Source: Candidatus Wirthbacteria bacterium CG2_30_54_11
Lineage (GTDB): Bacteria > Patescibacteriota > CG2-30-54-11
Reading direction: 5' to 3'
Length of the DNA stretch: 23,040 bases
Assembly (NCBI GenBank): GCA_001873755.1
Contig: MNZT01000096.1
Span: 1-23,040, forward strand
Translations under genes and position numbers: made by a program
Shown: in pieces, positions 1-6,906 of the stretch
How the letters are laid out: every line of letters starts with the position of its first letter
Position numbering within the stretch: the first letter of the stretch is position 1
The notes under the pieces: generated by a model
Told to the model about the DNA's origin: nothing
The model's database searches: none
What the model saw: only the letters and a program-made list of their open reading frames with translations

Positions 1-51
1 ACTTAAGCCTCCATTAAGATAGTAACCGGCCCACTCTTCTTTGTCATATCG

Positions 52-60
52 GTTAACGAG
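52..60. promoter_or_regulatory. Candidate cis-element GTTAACGAG. The 10-mer GGTTAACGAG at 51-60 is the exact reverse complement of CTCGTTAACC at 4883-4892.
   Basis: Read directly. The 10-nt sequence is shared between the leader of the first gene and the repeat array upstream of the HMG-CoA synthase gene. Its core is the palindrome GTTAAC. Confidence 0.4.
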
Positions 61-129
61 GCTCTACATTTCCAAGGGTAATTCCTGGAACAAGTCCGTA
101 CCTGTTATCGAAGATAGAGTGGGCTAACT

Positions 130-201
130 AGGAGAAGAAGAGATATTTGCATTCCCGGAAGGTCACTAAAAGTGCCTTTGACAAACTTCGCTTCTTCTCC
201 T
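130..201 (+). promoter_or_regulatory. Long-range inverted repeat or possible leader RNA stem. The purine tract aGGAGAAGAAG (130-140) is perfectly complementary to the pyrimidine tract CTTCTTCTCCt (191-201).
   Basis: The 11-bp perfect complement was read directly. A second 9-bp pair is GCCCACTCT (29-37) with AGAGTGGGC (116-124). The region is non-coding, with no ORF of 60 aa or more in any frame, and is visibly AT-richer than the genes. Confidence 0.35.
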
Positions 202-291
202 TCTCCTAGCTTATCACTTCCAGCCCGTTTCCTTTATATGACATTTCTTCTGGTTACCCAGCAAATCAGTCACTATTAGTCGGAGCGACAT

Positions 292-1350
292 ATGGCCAAG
301 GTTTTGATGAAAGGCAATGAAGCGCTGGCCGAGGCTGCCATCCGGGCCGGGGTGGATGGCTTTTTTGCCTATCCGATCACTCCGCAGAATGAGATCGGGG
401 AATATATGTCATCCCATCTGACCCGCGCCGGCGGGGTTTTTGTCCAGGCGGAGAGCGAGATCGGGGCGATCAACATGGTCTACGGTGCGGCTTCGACCGG
501 CCGGAGGGCCATGACCTCATCTTCCAGTCCCGGCATCAGTCTGAAACAGGAAGGCATCTCCACTCTGTGCACGGCAGAGCTGCCCTGTGTCATCGTCAAT
601 ATGACGCGTGGCGGACCCGGCATCGGGAATATCGCTCCGGCCCAGTCTGACTATTTCCAGTCGACCAAGGGCGGTGGCCACGGCGATTACCATACTATTG
701 TTCTGGCACCATCGACTTTGCAGGAAATGGTCGATCAGGTGTACCTGGCCTTTGATCTGTCCGAGAAGTGGCGCAATCCCGTGCTCCTGCTGGGGGACGG
801 CGTCATGGGGCAGATGATGGAGCCGGTTGATTTCCGGGACCGGGAGAGACCGGAACGGCGGTCGGAGTTTGCTCCCTGGGCGCTGCGGGGGACCGAAGGC
901 GGGAGGAAACCGCGCCTGGTCAAATCTCTGTATCTGGTCGGTGACACGCTCTACGACTACAACATGAAGCAAAAAGAAAAATGGGATCGGATCATAGTCG
1001 AAGAATGCCGGCTGGAAGCCGTCGAGGTCGAGGACGCAGACTACGTGATCGCAGCATTTGGTTCGGTCGGGCGCATCGCCCGCAGTGCGCTCAAACTCGC
1101 GAGAGCGCAGGGTATCAAACTTGGCCTGGTGCGTCCCATCAGCCTCTGGCCGTTCCCCTATGAAGGGGTCAGGGCAGCGACTGCCCAGGCCAAAGGGATC
1201 CTCACCGTGGAGATGAATCTGGGCCAGATGGTGGAGGATATCCGTCTCTCGGTCGAGGGTTCTGTCCCGGTCAAGTTTTTCGGCAGTCCGGGCGGGCGCG
1301 TCCCCACCCCGGAAGAAATCGTCGCAGAGCTGAGAAAATCATTTATCTGA
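292..1350 (+). CDS. 2-oxoacid:ferredoxin oxidoreductase, alpha subunit (Kor/Vor/Por family; substrate not assignable)
   Basis: 352-aa ORF. The N-terminus MKGNEALAEAAIRAGVDGFFAYPITPQNEI and the internal GGPGIGNIAPAQSDY are typical of OFOR alpha subunits. GGAG at 282-285 lies 6 nt before the ATG. Beta and gamma subunits lie downstream. Confidence 0.9.
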   Translation: MAKVLMKGNEALAEAAIRAGVDGFFAYPITPQNEIGEYMSSHLTRAGGVFVQAESEIGAINMVYGAASTGRRAMTSSSSPGISLKQEGISTLCTAELPCVIVNMTRGGPGIGNIAPAQSDYFQSTKGGGHGDYHTIVLAPSTLQEMVDQVYLAFDLSEKWRNPVLLLGDGVMGQMMEPVDFRDRERPERRSEFAPWALRGTEGGRKPRLVKSLYLVGDTLYDYNMKQKEKWDRIIVEECRLEAVEVEDADYVIAAFGSVGRIARSALKLARAQGIKLGLVRPISLWPFPYEGVRAATAQAKGILTVEMNLGQMVEDIRLSVEGSVPVKFFGSPGGRVPTPEEIVAELRKSFI

Positions 1351-1358
1351 GATATTCC

Positions 1359-1988
1359 ATGTTTCGATCGATTCCAAAGTCGAACTGGTTCCTCCTGGTC
1401 ATCCTGGCTTTGAGCGGCAATGCCATGAGCATAGTTAATCGCCTGGATATCCCCGGAGAGATCCATCGGCTGGAAACAAGCCTGGATCGGGCCATACCGC
1501 TGGTATTGCCATTCATGATCCCATACCTCCTGTATTTTTTCTTCGTATTCGGCACAATAGGTTATATCTTTTTTCGTCATCCCGGAGTTTTTCCTGTATT
1601 CGCCTGGTCTATGATCGTGATTGGTCTGGCGACGGCGGTAATCAATGTGACTTACCAGTCCTACGCGCCGAGAGCGTTGGTGGAGGGGAGCGATATTTTT
1701 TCCATACTCCTTCGATGGCACTACGGCTTAAATCGACCCCTGACCGCGTTCCCGAGCCTGCATGTCTCCGACTCGGTCTGCGTCTCTTATTACCTGGGCC
1801 GCGTCCGAGTGCAGCAGGTCTGGCTGTGGCTGACCTGCGCCTTCCTGATCAGTATTTCGACCCTGCTCGTCAAGGAACACTATATCGCTGATGTCATCGG
1901 CGGTTTGGTATTGGGAGTAGTAGTATCTACGCTTCTGCCCAGGCTGCTGTCCGGGCGGCAGCGCGTCCGGATCGGCAGTATCCAGTAA
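1359..1988 (+). CDS. PAP2-superfamily integral membrane protein (sphingomyelin-synthase / IPC-synthase-like PAP2_C/PAP2_3 type)
   Basis: 209-aa hydrophobic ORF with about 5-6 predicted TM segments. PAP2-like motifs are NRP...PSLH (for PSGH) and [10 protein letters not shown] (HxxxD, resembling the HYTxDV motif of SMS-type enzymes). Confidence 0.65.
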   Translation: MFRSIPKSNWFLLVILALSGNAMSIVNRLDIPGEIHRLETSLDRAIPLVLPFMIPYLLYFFFVFGTIGYIFFRHPGVFPVFAWSMIVIGLATAVINVTYQSYAPRALVEGSDIFSILLRWHYGLNRPLTAFPSLHVSDSVCVSYYLGRVRVQQVWLWLTCAFLISISTLLVKEHYIADVIGGLVLGVVVSTLLPRLLSGRQRVRIGSIQ

Positions 1989-2008
1989 TTGTAACATCAG
2001 GGGGCGCC

Positions 2009-2746
2009 ATGACCATACGAGCCAAGAGATCAGAGGTACTGTCCGCGGGGATTACCCATTACTGCCCGGGGTGCGGGCATGGCATCATCCACCGACTGGT
2101 GGCCGAGTCAATCGAAGAGCTTGGGATCCGTGACCGGACCATCGGGGTGGCCCCGGTCGGTTGTTCCATCCTGTGCTACAACTACCTCTTGGTTGATTTT
2201 GTTGAGGCGTTGCATGGGCGCGCACCAGCCGTGGCGACCGGAGTGAAGCGCATGGAGCCGGAAAAGGTGGTATTCACCTATCAGGGGGACGGCGACCTCA
2301 TCTCCATCGGGTCCAATGAGATCCTCCATGCGGCCAACCGGGGAGAGGATATCACGGTCATCTTCGTGAACAATGCGATTTACGGCATGACCGGAGGGCA
2401 GATGGCGCCGACCTCTATCCCTGGTCAGGTGACCACCACTTCGCCACTTGGACGCGGGAAGAATCATGAGGGCTCACCGATCCGGGTGGTTGAACTCCTG
2501 AACGCCCTGGATGCGCCGGCCTACCTCACCCGGGTCGCAGTGAATTCGCCGAAGCATGTGCTACAGGCCAAGAAGGCGATCAAGACTTCCTTTCAAGCGC
2601 AGCTGGACGGCAAAGGTTTTTCCCTGGTCGAGGTGGTGTCGAACTGCCCCACGAACTGGAAGAAGACACCCCTGGATGCCAATCAGTGGATCGAAGATGA
2701 GATGCTCAAGTATTTTCCCCTGGGCGAAGTACGTAATCGTTTGTAA
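2009..2746 (+). CDS. 2-oxoacid:ferredoxin oxidoreductase, beta subunit (TPP-binding)
   Basis: 245 aa. It has the Cys ligands YCPGCGHG and PVGCS for the [4Fe-4S] cluster and the TPP motif GDGD-x25-NN ([41 protein letters not shown]). Confidence 0.9.
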   Translation: MTIRAKRSEVLSAGITHYCPGCGHGIIHRLVAESIEELGIRDRTIGVAPVGCSILCYNYLLVDFVEALHGRAPAVATGVKRMEPEKVVFTYQGDGDLISIGSNEILHAANRGEDITVIFVNNAIYGMTGGQMAPTSIPGQVTTTSPLGRGKNHEGSPIRVVELLNALDAPAYLTRVAVNSPKHVLQAKKAIKTSFQAQLDGKGFSLVEVVSNCPTNWKKTPLDANQWIEDEMLKYFPLGEVRNRL

Positions 2747-2763
2747 CGTCAAAAGGACAGCAT

Positions 2764-3306
2764 ATGAACACAATGTCTTTCCGTTTTGCGGGGTTTGGCG
2801 GGCAGGGTGTGCTGCTCATGGGCATGATGCTGACCTATGCCGGGATGGAAGAGGGCAAGCATGTTACCTGGCTCCCGTCCTATGGGGCCGAGATGCGTGG
2901 CGGTACGGCTAATTGCACGGTGGTGGTTTCGGATGATGAGGTCGCTTCCCCGGTCGCCGAATCCCCAGATGTCGTGGTCGTCATGAATGAGCCTTCGCTG
3001 GAGAAATTCGAACCGTTGGTCAGGCCGGGAGGATGGCTGTTCATCAATTCCTCGCTGGTCAAAAAGGCTGTGAAGAGGACCGATGTGCAAGTGGTTTCAA
3101 TCGATGCGACGAATATCGCCTATGAGTTGAAAAATGCCAGGACCGCCAATATGGTCATGCTGGGGGCCGTGGTCGGCAGGACCGGAACAGTCCAACTTTC
3201 TGTGGTCGAATCGTCGCTCCTCCCTGTTCTGGGTACGAGCAAGAAAGCGCTGGTAGAGATCAATATACAAGCCTTGCGTCGCGGTAGAGAGATAGCGAAA
3301 GGGTAG
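2764..3306 (+). CDS. 2-oxoacid:ferredoxin oxidoreductase, gamma subunit
   Basis: 180 aa. FAGFGGQGVLLMGMML...YGAEMRGGTANCTVVVSD is the characteristic OFOR gamma-domain signature. AAGGA lies upstream of the ATG. Confidence 0.88.
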   Translation: MNTMSFRFAGFGGQGVLLMGMMLTYAGMEEGKHVTWLPSYGAEMRGGTANCTVVVSDDEVASPVAESPDVVVVMNEPSLEKFEPLVRPGGWLFINSSLVKKAVKRTDVQVVSIDATNIAYELKNARTANMVMLGAVVGRTGTVQLSVVESSLLPVLGTSKKALVEINIQALRRGREIAKG

Positions 3307-3307
3307 C

Positions 3308-4168
3308 ATGTTTTTCCTAAGTGTTCTGGCAGGTCTCGGGGTCGCGCTGGGATGGGGAATCGCAGATTTCGCACAGAAGAAACTGGTCATGGAGAACGGG
3401 GCCTATAGCATGATCCTGCCTCTTCAGGTAGCAACGACGGCCCTGGTCGGTGGTGTATGGGTATTGTTCCGCTTTCCTGTGCAGGTTTCGTTTACCGCAT
3501 TTTGCTGGATGCTGGCGGGCACCTGCCTGCTTACTGCTGCCTGGTTCCTATTCTTTCGGGCGCTTTCGATAGGGAATGTATCGGTCCTCTGCGCGTTGTA
3601 TGCATTTTATACGGTCATCCCTTTTTTTTGGCAGACAGTGGTGGAAAAAATCCAGTTAAATATTGTACAGTTTATAGGAATGGGTGTTGTGTTAATTGCT
3701 GGAATACTGATTTCTGTGGACTCCCGGAGTCTGAAGCAGGGGTTCAAAGCATCTCTTTCCAAAGGGGTAAAAGAAATTACCGCTGCACTTGTGATGTCGG
3801 GGTTTGGTTTTTTAATGATCGATCATGCAGTTCAGGAGATCGGATGGAAGTCTGGATATATTGTTCAGCAGATGCTTTCACTACTCGAGGTAGTCGTCAT
3901 TCTGCTTCTTCTGGGAAAGTTCAGGGAGTCACGTCTACCGGTGTCCTGGGGCTGGTTTAGTACGGTGGTTTTGGCCAATATAATTGCATTTGGAAGTTTC
4001 AATGCAGGCATGGAGATCGGATATGTGAGTGTGGTGGGGATCGTCGGCACTTTTTCCGTAGCGATCACGGCGCTGCTGGCCTGGCCGCTGCTGAAGGAAC
4101 GACTCGCTTTCAATCAATATCTGGGCATCGCGTTCGGCATCGTCGGCATCATCAGTCTCAGTCTTTGA
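3308..4168 (+). CDS. DMT-superfamily (EamA-like) transporter, about 10 TM
   Basis: 286-aa highly hydrophobic ORF with two similar halves, each ending in a small-residue-rich helix (GVVLIAGILISV and GIAFGIVGIISLSL). The start lies 1 nt after the gamma-subunit stop. Confidence 0.7.
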   Translation: MFFLSVLAGLGVALGWGIADFAQKKLVMENGAYSMILPLQVATTALVGGVWVLFRFPVQVSFTAFCWMLAGTCLLTAAWFLFFRALSIGNVSVLCALYAFYTVIPFFWQTVVEKIQLNIVQFIGMGVVLIAGILISVDSRSLKQGFKASLSKGVKEITAALVMSGFGFLMIDHAVQEIGWKSGYIVQQMLSLLEVVVILLLLGKFRESRLPVSWGWFSTVVLANIIAFGSFNAGMEIGYVSVVGIVGTFSVAITALLAWPLLKERLAFNQYLGIAFGIVGIISLSL

Positions 4169-4194
4169 ATAAACTCACCAGTTACCAGTGACTA

Positions 4195-4833
4195 ATGACA
4201 AACATTCCTTCGACTGAACAGTGCTATGGACTCTGGGATACCTATCATGTTCCAGACAATGTACGCGGACATCTCTCGCTTGTGAGGGACGTGGCCTTGC
4301 TTCTTGGGTGTGAACTGCAGAAGTCAGGGCAGACAGTTTTGCTGGAGTTGACCGAAGCAGGAGCTTTACTTCATGATGTGCTCAGATTCGTGGGTACGCA
4401 TCAGATCAATCTGCGATATTTCCAAGCACCCCCGACCAAGGAGGATTTTGAAGAATGGAGACGGCTGGATCAGAAATACCCAGGACTGAATCATGCCTGG
4501 GCAGCCGGAGCAGAGCTGCGTGAACTGGGATACGACGAAGCTCTCAGCCGGGTAGTGGAACGGCATGACTATGCCAAGGTCGTTGACCCGGATGATGGTC
4601 CGACCACCTGGGAAGAAAAACTGGTTTTTTATGCGGACAAGCGGGTCCTGCACCGTGAGCTGGTTTCACTTGAGAAGCGGTTCTCCGACAGTGAGGTCCG
4701 GTATCCGGAATTCGTCAATGTGCCGGGCGAGGAATTGAAAAGGGCAGCGATATATGAGCTGGAACGGGAGATATTTTCATACGTAGCGTTTCCACCGGAG
4801 GATGTGGGGGGTATACTGCATACATCTGGTTAA
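4195..4833 (+). CDS. HD-domain metal-dependent phosphohydrolase (YqeK/COG1713-like)
   Basis: 212 aa. The H...HD...H...HD...D pattern is present (RGHLSLV, ALLHDVLR, NHAWAAG, VERHDYAK, FYADKRV). Confidence 0.7.
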   Translation: MTNIPSTEQCYGLWDTYHVPDNVRGHLSLVRDVALLLGCELQKSGQTVLLELTEAGALLHDVLRFVGTHQINLRYFQAPPTKEDFEEWRRLDQKYPGLNHAWAAGAELRELGYDEALSRVVERHDYAKVVDPDDGPTTWEEKLVFYADKRVLHRELVSLEKRFSDSEVRYPEFVNVPGEELKRAAIYELEREIFSYVAFPPEDVGGILHTSG

Positions 4834-4910
4834 CGGGTTTGCGGGTTAACGGGTTCACGAGTTCTGGGGATCAACCCGTTAACTCGTTAACCCATTAACT
4901 CGTTAACGTA
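4828..4910. repeat. Dense GTTAAC-cored repeat array, probably an operator or attenuator. It consists of two 16-bp tandem units (4828-4843, 4844-4859), an 11-bp perfect inverted repeat (4845-4855 / 4873-4883) and an 8-bp tandem (C/T)C(G/A)TTAAC x4 (4875-4906), which equals a 16-bp tandem TTAACTCGTTAAC x2 at 4879 and 4895.
   Basis: Read directly. GTTAAC occurs at 4829, 4845, 4878, 4886 and 4902, with ATTAAC at 4894, all within an 89-bp gap. The first copy contains the TAA stop of the HD gene. The array ends 12 nt before the ATG at 4923 (SD GAGG at 4914-4917). Confidence 0.8.
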
Positions 4911-4922
4911 TATGAGGTCCTC

Positions 4923-5963
4923 ATGGTCGGTATCATAGGCTACGGCGCATACATCCCGAAGTATCGTATCAAGGCAGAGGAGATCGCGGCGATCTGGGGG
5001 CAGGATCCCAGGCGCATCATCGAAGGCCTTCGCATTCAGGAGAAGTCTGTGCCCGGACTGGACGAAGACAGCGCGACCATGGGTATCGAGGCCAGCCGCA
5101 ATGCACTCGCCGTGGCCGGGATCGATGCTTCGACCATAGGAGCGGTTTACAGCGGTTCCGAGTCCAAGGTCTATGCGGTCAAGCCCAATGCCACCATGAT
5201 CGGAGACGCACTTGGCATCGGCCATAAATATAAGGCGGCAGATGTCGAGTTTGCCTGCAAGGCCGGTACCGCGACCATGCAGATGGTCGTTGCCGAGGTG
5301 GAGAGCGGGATGATCGACTGCGGTTTGGCGGTTGGCATGGATACGGCACAAGGGCGACCGGGCGATGCACTTGAGTACAGCGCGGCGGCTGGCGGGGCAG
5401 CGTTCCTCATCGGCAGCGACGAAAAAAAGATCCTGGCAAAACTTGAGGCTACCTGTTCGTCCTCGTCAGACACTCCTGACTTCTGGCGCCGTCAGAAGGA
5501 GGAATATCCGGTACATCGGGAGCGCTTTTCCGGCAAACCGAGCTACGAGGCGCAGATCGCCCTGTCCGTCGGCATGCTGCTTGAGCGCTTGAAGCTCAAG
5601 CCTGCGGATTTTGACCGGGCGGTGTTCCACACGCCCAACGGGAAATTTCCCCTGGCCATCGGAAAAAAGCTGGGTTTTACCATGAAACAGATGGAGGCCG
5701 GCTACATCGTCCCGGTGGTGGGCAATACCTATTCCGGCGCTTCGCTTCTGGGACTGGCGGCGACGCTGGATGCTGCCGGTTCTGGTGAACGCATTCTGGT
5801 CGCTTCGTATGGCTCGGGCGCCGGTAGTGATGCTTTCAGCTTTGTGACCACTCCCCAGCTGAAAAAGCGCCGGGACCGGGCGCCTCAGGTCCGAAACTAT
5901 ATCGATCACAAACAGTATCTGTCCTACGGCCAATATATCAGACACACAGGACATCTGGGATGA
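4923..5963 (+). CDS. Hydroxymethylglutaryl-CoA synthase, archaeal type (about 350 aa, UPF0219 family)
   Basis: 346 aa. The N-terminus is MVGIIGYGAYIPKYRIKAEEIA. The catalytic triad context is intact by eye: GSE(80)SKVYAVKP, EFAC(112)KAGT and VFH(236)TPNGKFP. Thiolase-like and DUF35 partners lie downstream. Confidence 0.85.
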   Translation: MVGIIGYGAYIPKYRIKAEEIAAIWGQDPRRIIEGLRIQEKSVPGLDEDSATMGIEASRNALAVAGIDASTIGAVYSGSESKVYAVKPNATMIGDALGIGHKYKAADVEFACKAGTATMQMVVAEVESGMIDCGLAVGMDTAQGRPGDALEYSAAAGGAAFLIGSDEKKILAKLEATCSSSSDTPDFWRRQKEEYPVHRERFSGKPSYEAQIALSVGMLLERLKLKPADFDRAVFHTPNGKFPLAIGKKLGFTMKQMEAGYIVPVVGNTYSGASLLGLAATLDAAGSGERILVASYGSGAGSDAFSFVTTPQLKKRRDRAPQVRNYIDHKQYLSYGQYIRHTGHLG

Positions 5964-6877
5964 CCACCCGCACCCTGCCGAAACATTTCCAGCTCCTCCC
6001 GAACGAGCAGCTGGTGGAAATTGTCCACCCCCACTGGTTCGCTTTTTATCGCACCTATGCCGTCTGGGCTTTGATCATAGCTGCGGGCGTAGTGCTGTTT
6101 TCGTGCCGAGAGGTGGTGGCATCAGTATTTCCATCTTCCCATCTCGATCTCCCGTTCAGTATTATCAACGGCCTCCTTTCGACCAACGGGTCTCTTCAGA
6201 TCAGCTACGATCTGCTGTCCAGATCGGCTCTCGACGGCCTGATCCTGGTGACCGCCTGGTGGTATGTACTGATCTTGATGGGAGCGTTCGTGGCTCTGGC
6301 CAAGGTAAACGGAGGATGGATGCTCGTTTTCCTCGCGATCGGCAGTCTGAGCACTGCCGCCGGGGTGCTCACCGGCTTCCCGACCTGGACTCCACTGTTC
6401 GGAGCAGCGCTGTGTTTCGCAGGTATGGTGATGACTGACCGGTACCGCCGGTCTCACTATTTCATCATCACCGATCTCAGGCTCATTCTGTATGTAGATT
6501 TTTTCCACCTGCAGGAACGAGACCTTCTCCTGAGCAGACTGAGCGATCTCGCTATCGACCAGACGCTGGTCGGACGGCTGTTTGATTTCGGGACCTTGAT
6601 CCCGATTTCCCTTTCTGGTTTCGGCATGGGAGCAGATATGTCCATGGTGGGCGTGGGAGCGCAGGCAGGTCCGCTGTCTGTGACGGGAGCTCTGGGGACC
6701 AGTGTCGGAGTCCCTCGTGCGAGAAGCCCTCATGTATTGTTCGGGGTGCCTGATCCACATGCCGTTCATGCCATACTGGAAAAGCTGATTTATACCAATT
6801 CCGAGGTCAAGCATCTACAGACCATCACCGACGAGTTGAAGAATATGAAATTTCTAACGACAAATGAATCCAAATAG
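5960..6877 (+). CDS. Membrane protein with bacterial PH domain (bPH_2 / YdbS-YdbT-like, DUF304)
   Basis: 305 aa. It has an LLPNEQLVEIVHPHW entry motif, then about 4 TM helices, then YFIITDLRLILY...LSDLAIDQTLVGRLFDFGTLI...FGVPDPHAVHAILEKLI, typical of bPH_2. The ATGA overlap with the HMGCS stop suggests translational coupling. Confidence 0.6.
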   Translation: MTTRTLPKHFQLLPNEQLVEIVHPHWFAFYRTYAVWALIIAAGVVLFSCREVVASVFPSSHLDLPFSIINGLLSTNGSLQISYDLLSRSALDGLILVTAWWYVLILMGAFVALAKVNGGWMLVFLAIGSLSTAAGVLTGFPTWTPLFGAALCFAGMVMTDRYRRSHYFIITDLRLILYVDFFHLQERDLLLSRLSDLAIDQTLVGRLFDFGTLIPISLSGFGMGADMSMVGVGAQAGPLSVTGALGTSVGVPRARSPHVLFGVPDPHAVHAILEKLIYTNSEVKHLQTITDELKNMKFLTTNESK

Positions 6878-6906
6878 CTGTTTTTTCACCAACAGGGAGT
6901 GATACC

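Noticed and set aside
1-291. Possible missing OFOR delta/ferredoxin gene or the 3' end of an upstream gene
   Set aside because: The six-frame track lists no ORF of 60 aa or more here. The sequence is AT-richer than the genes and is interrupted by stop codons. I treated it as a non-coding leader.
3457-3960. 167-aa plus-strand alternative-frame ORF within the DMT transporter gene
   Set aside because: The 3308-4168 frame gives a coherent 10-TM transporter. The alternative frame is Cys/Gly/Arg-rich and non-hydrophobic.
4828-4910. Repeat array considered as a CRISPR array, a transposon terminal inverted repeat or an intrinsic terminator
   Set aside because: The repeat units are only 8-16 bp with no unique spacers, and no cas, transposase or integrase genes are nearby. 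The 11-bp hairpin is not followed by a U-tract. I kept it as a regulatory/repeat feature instead.
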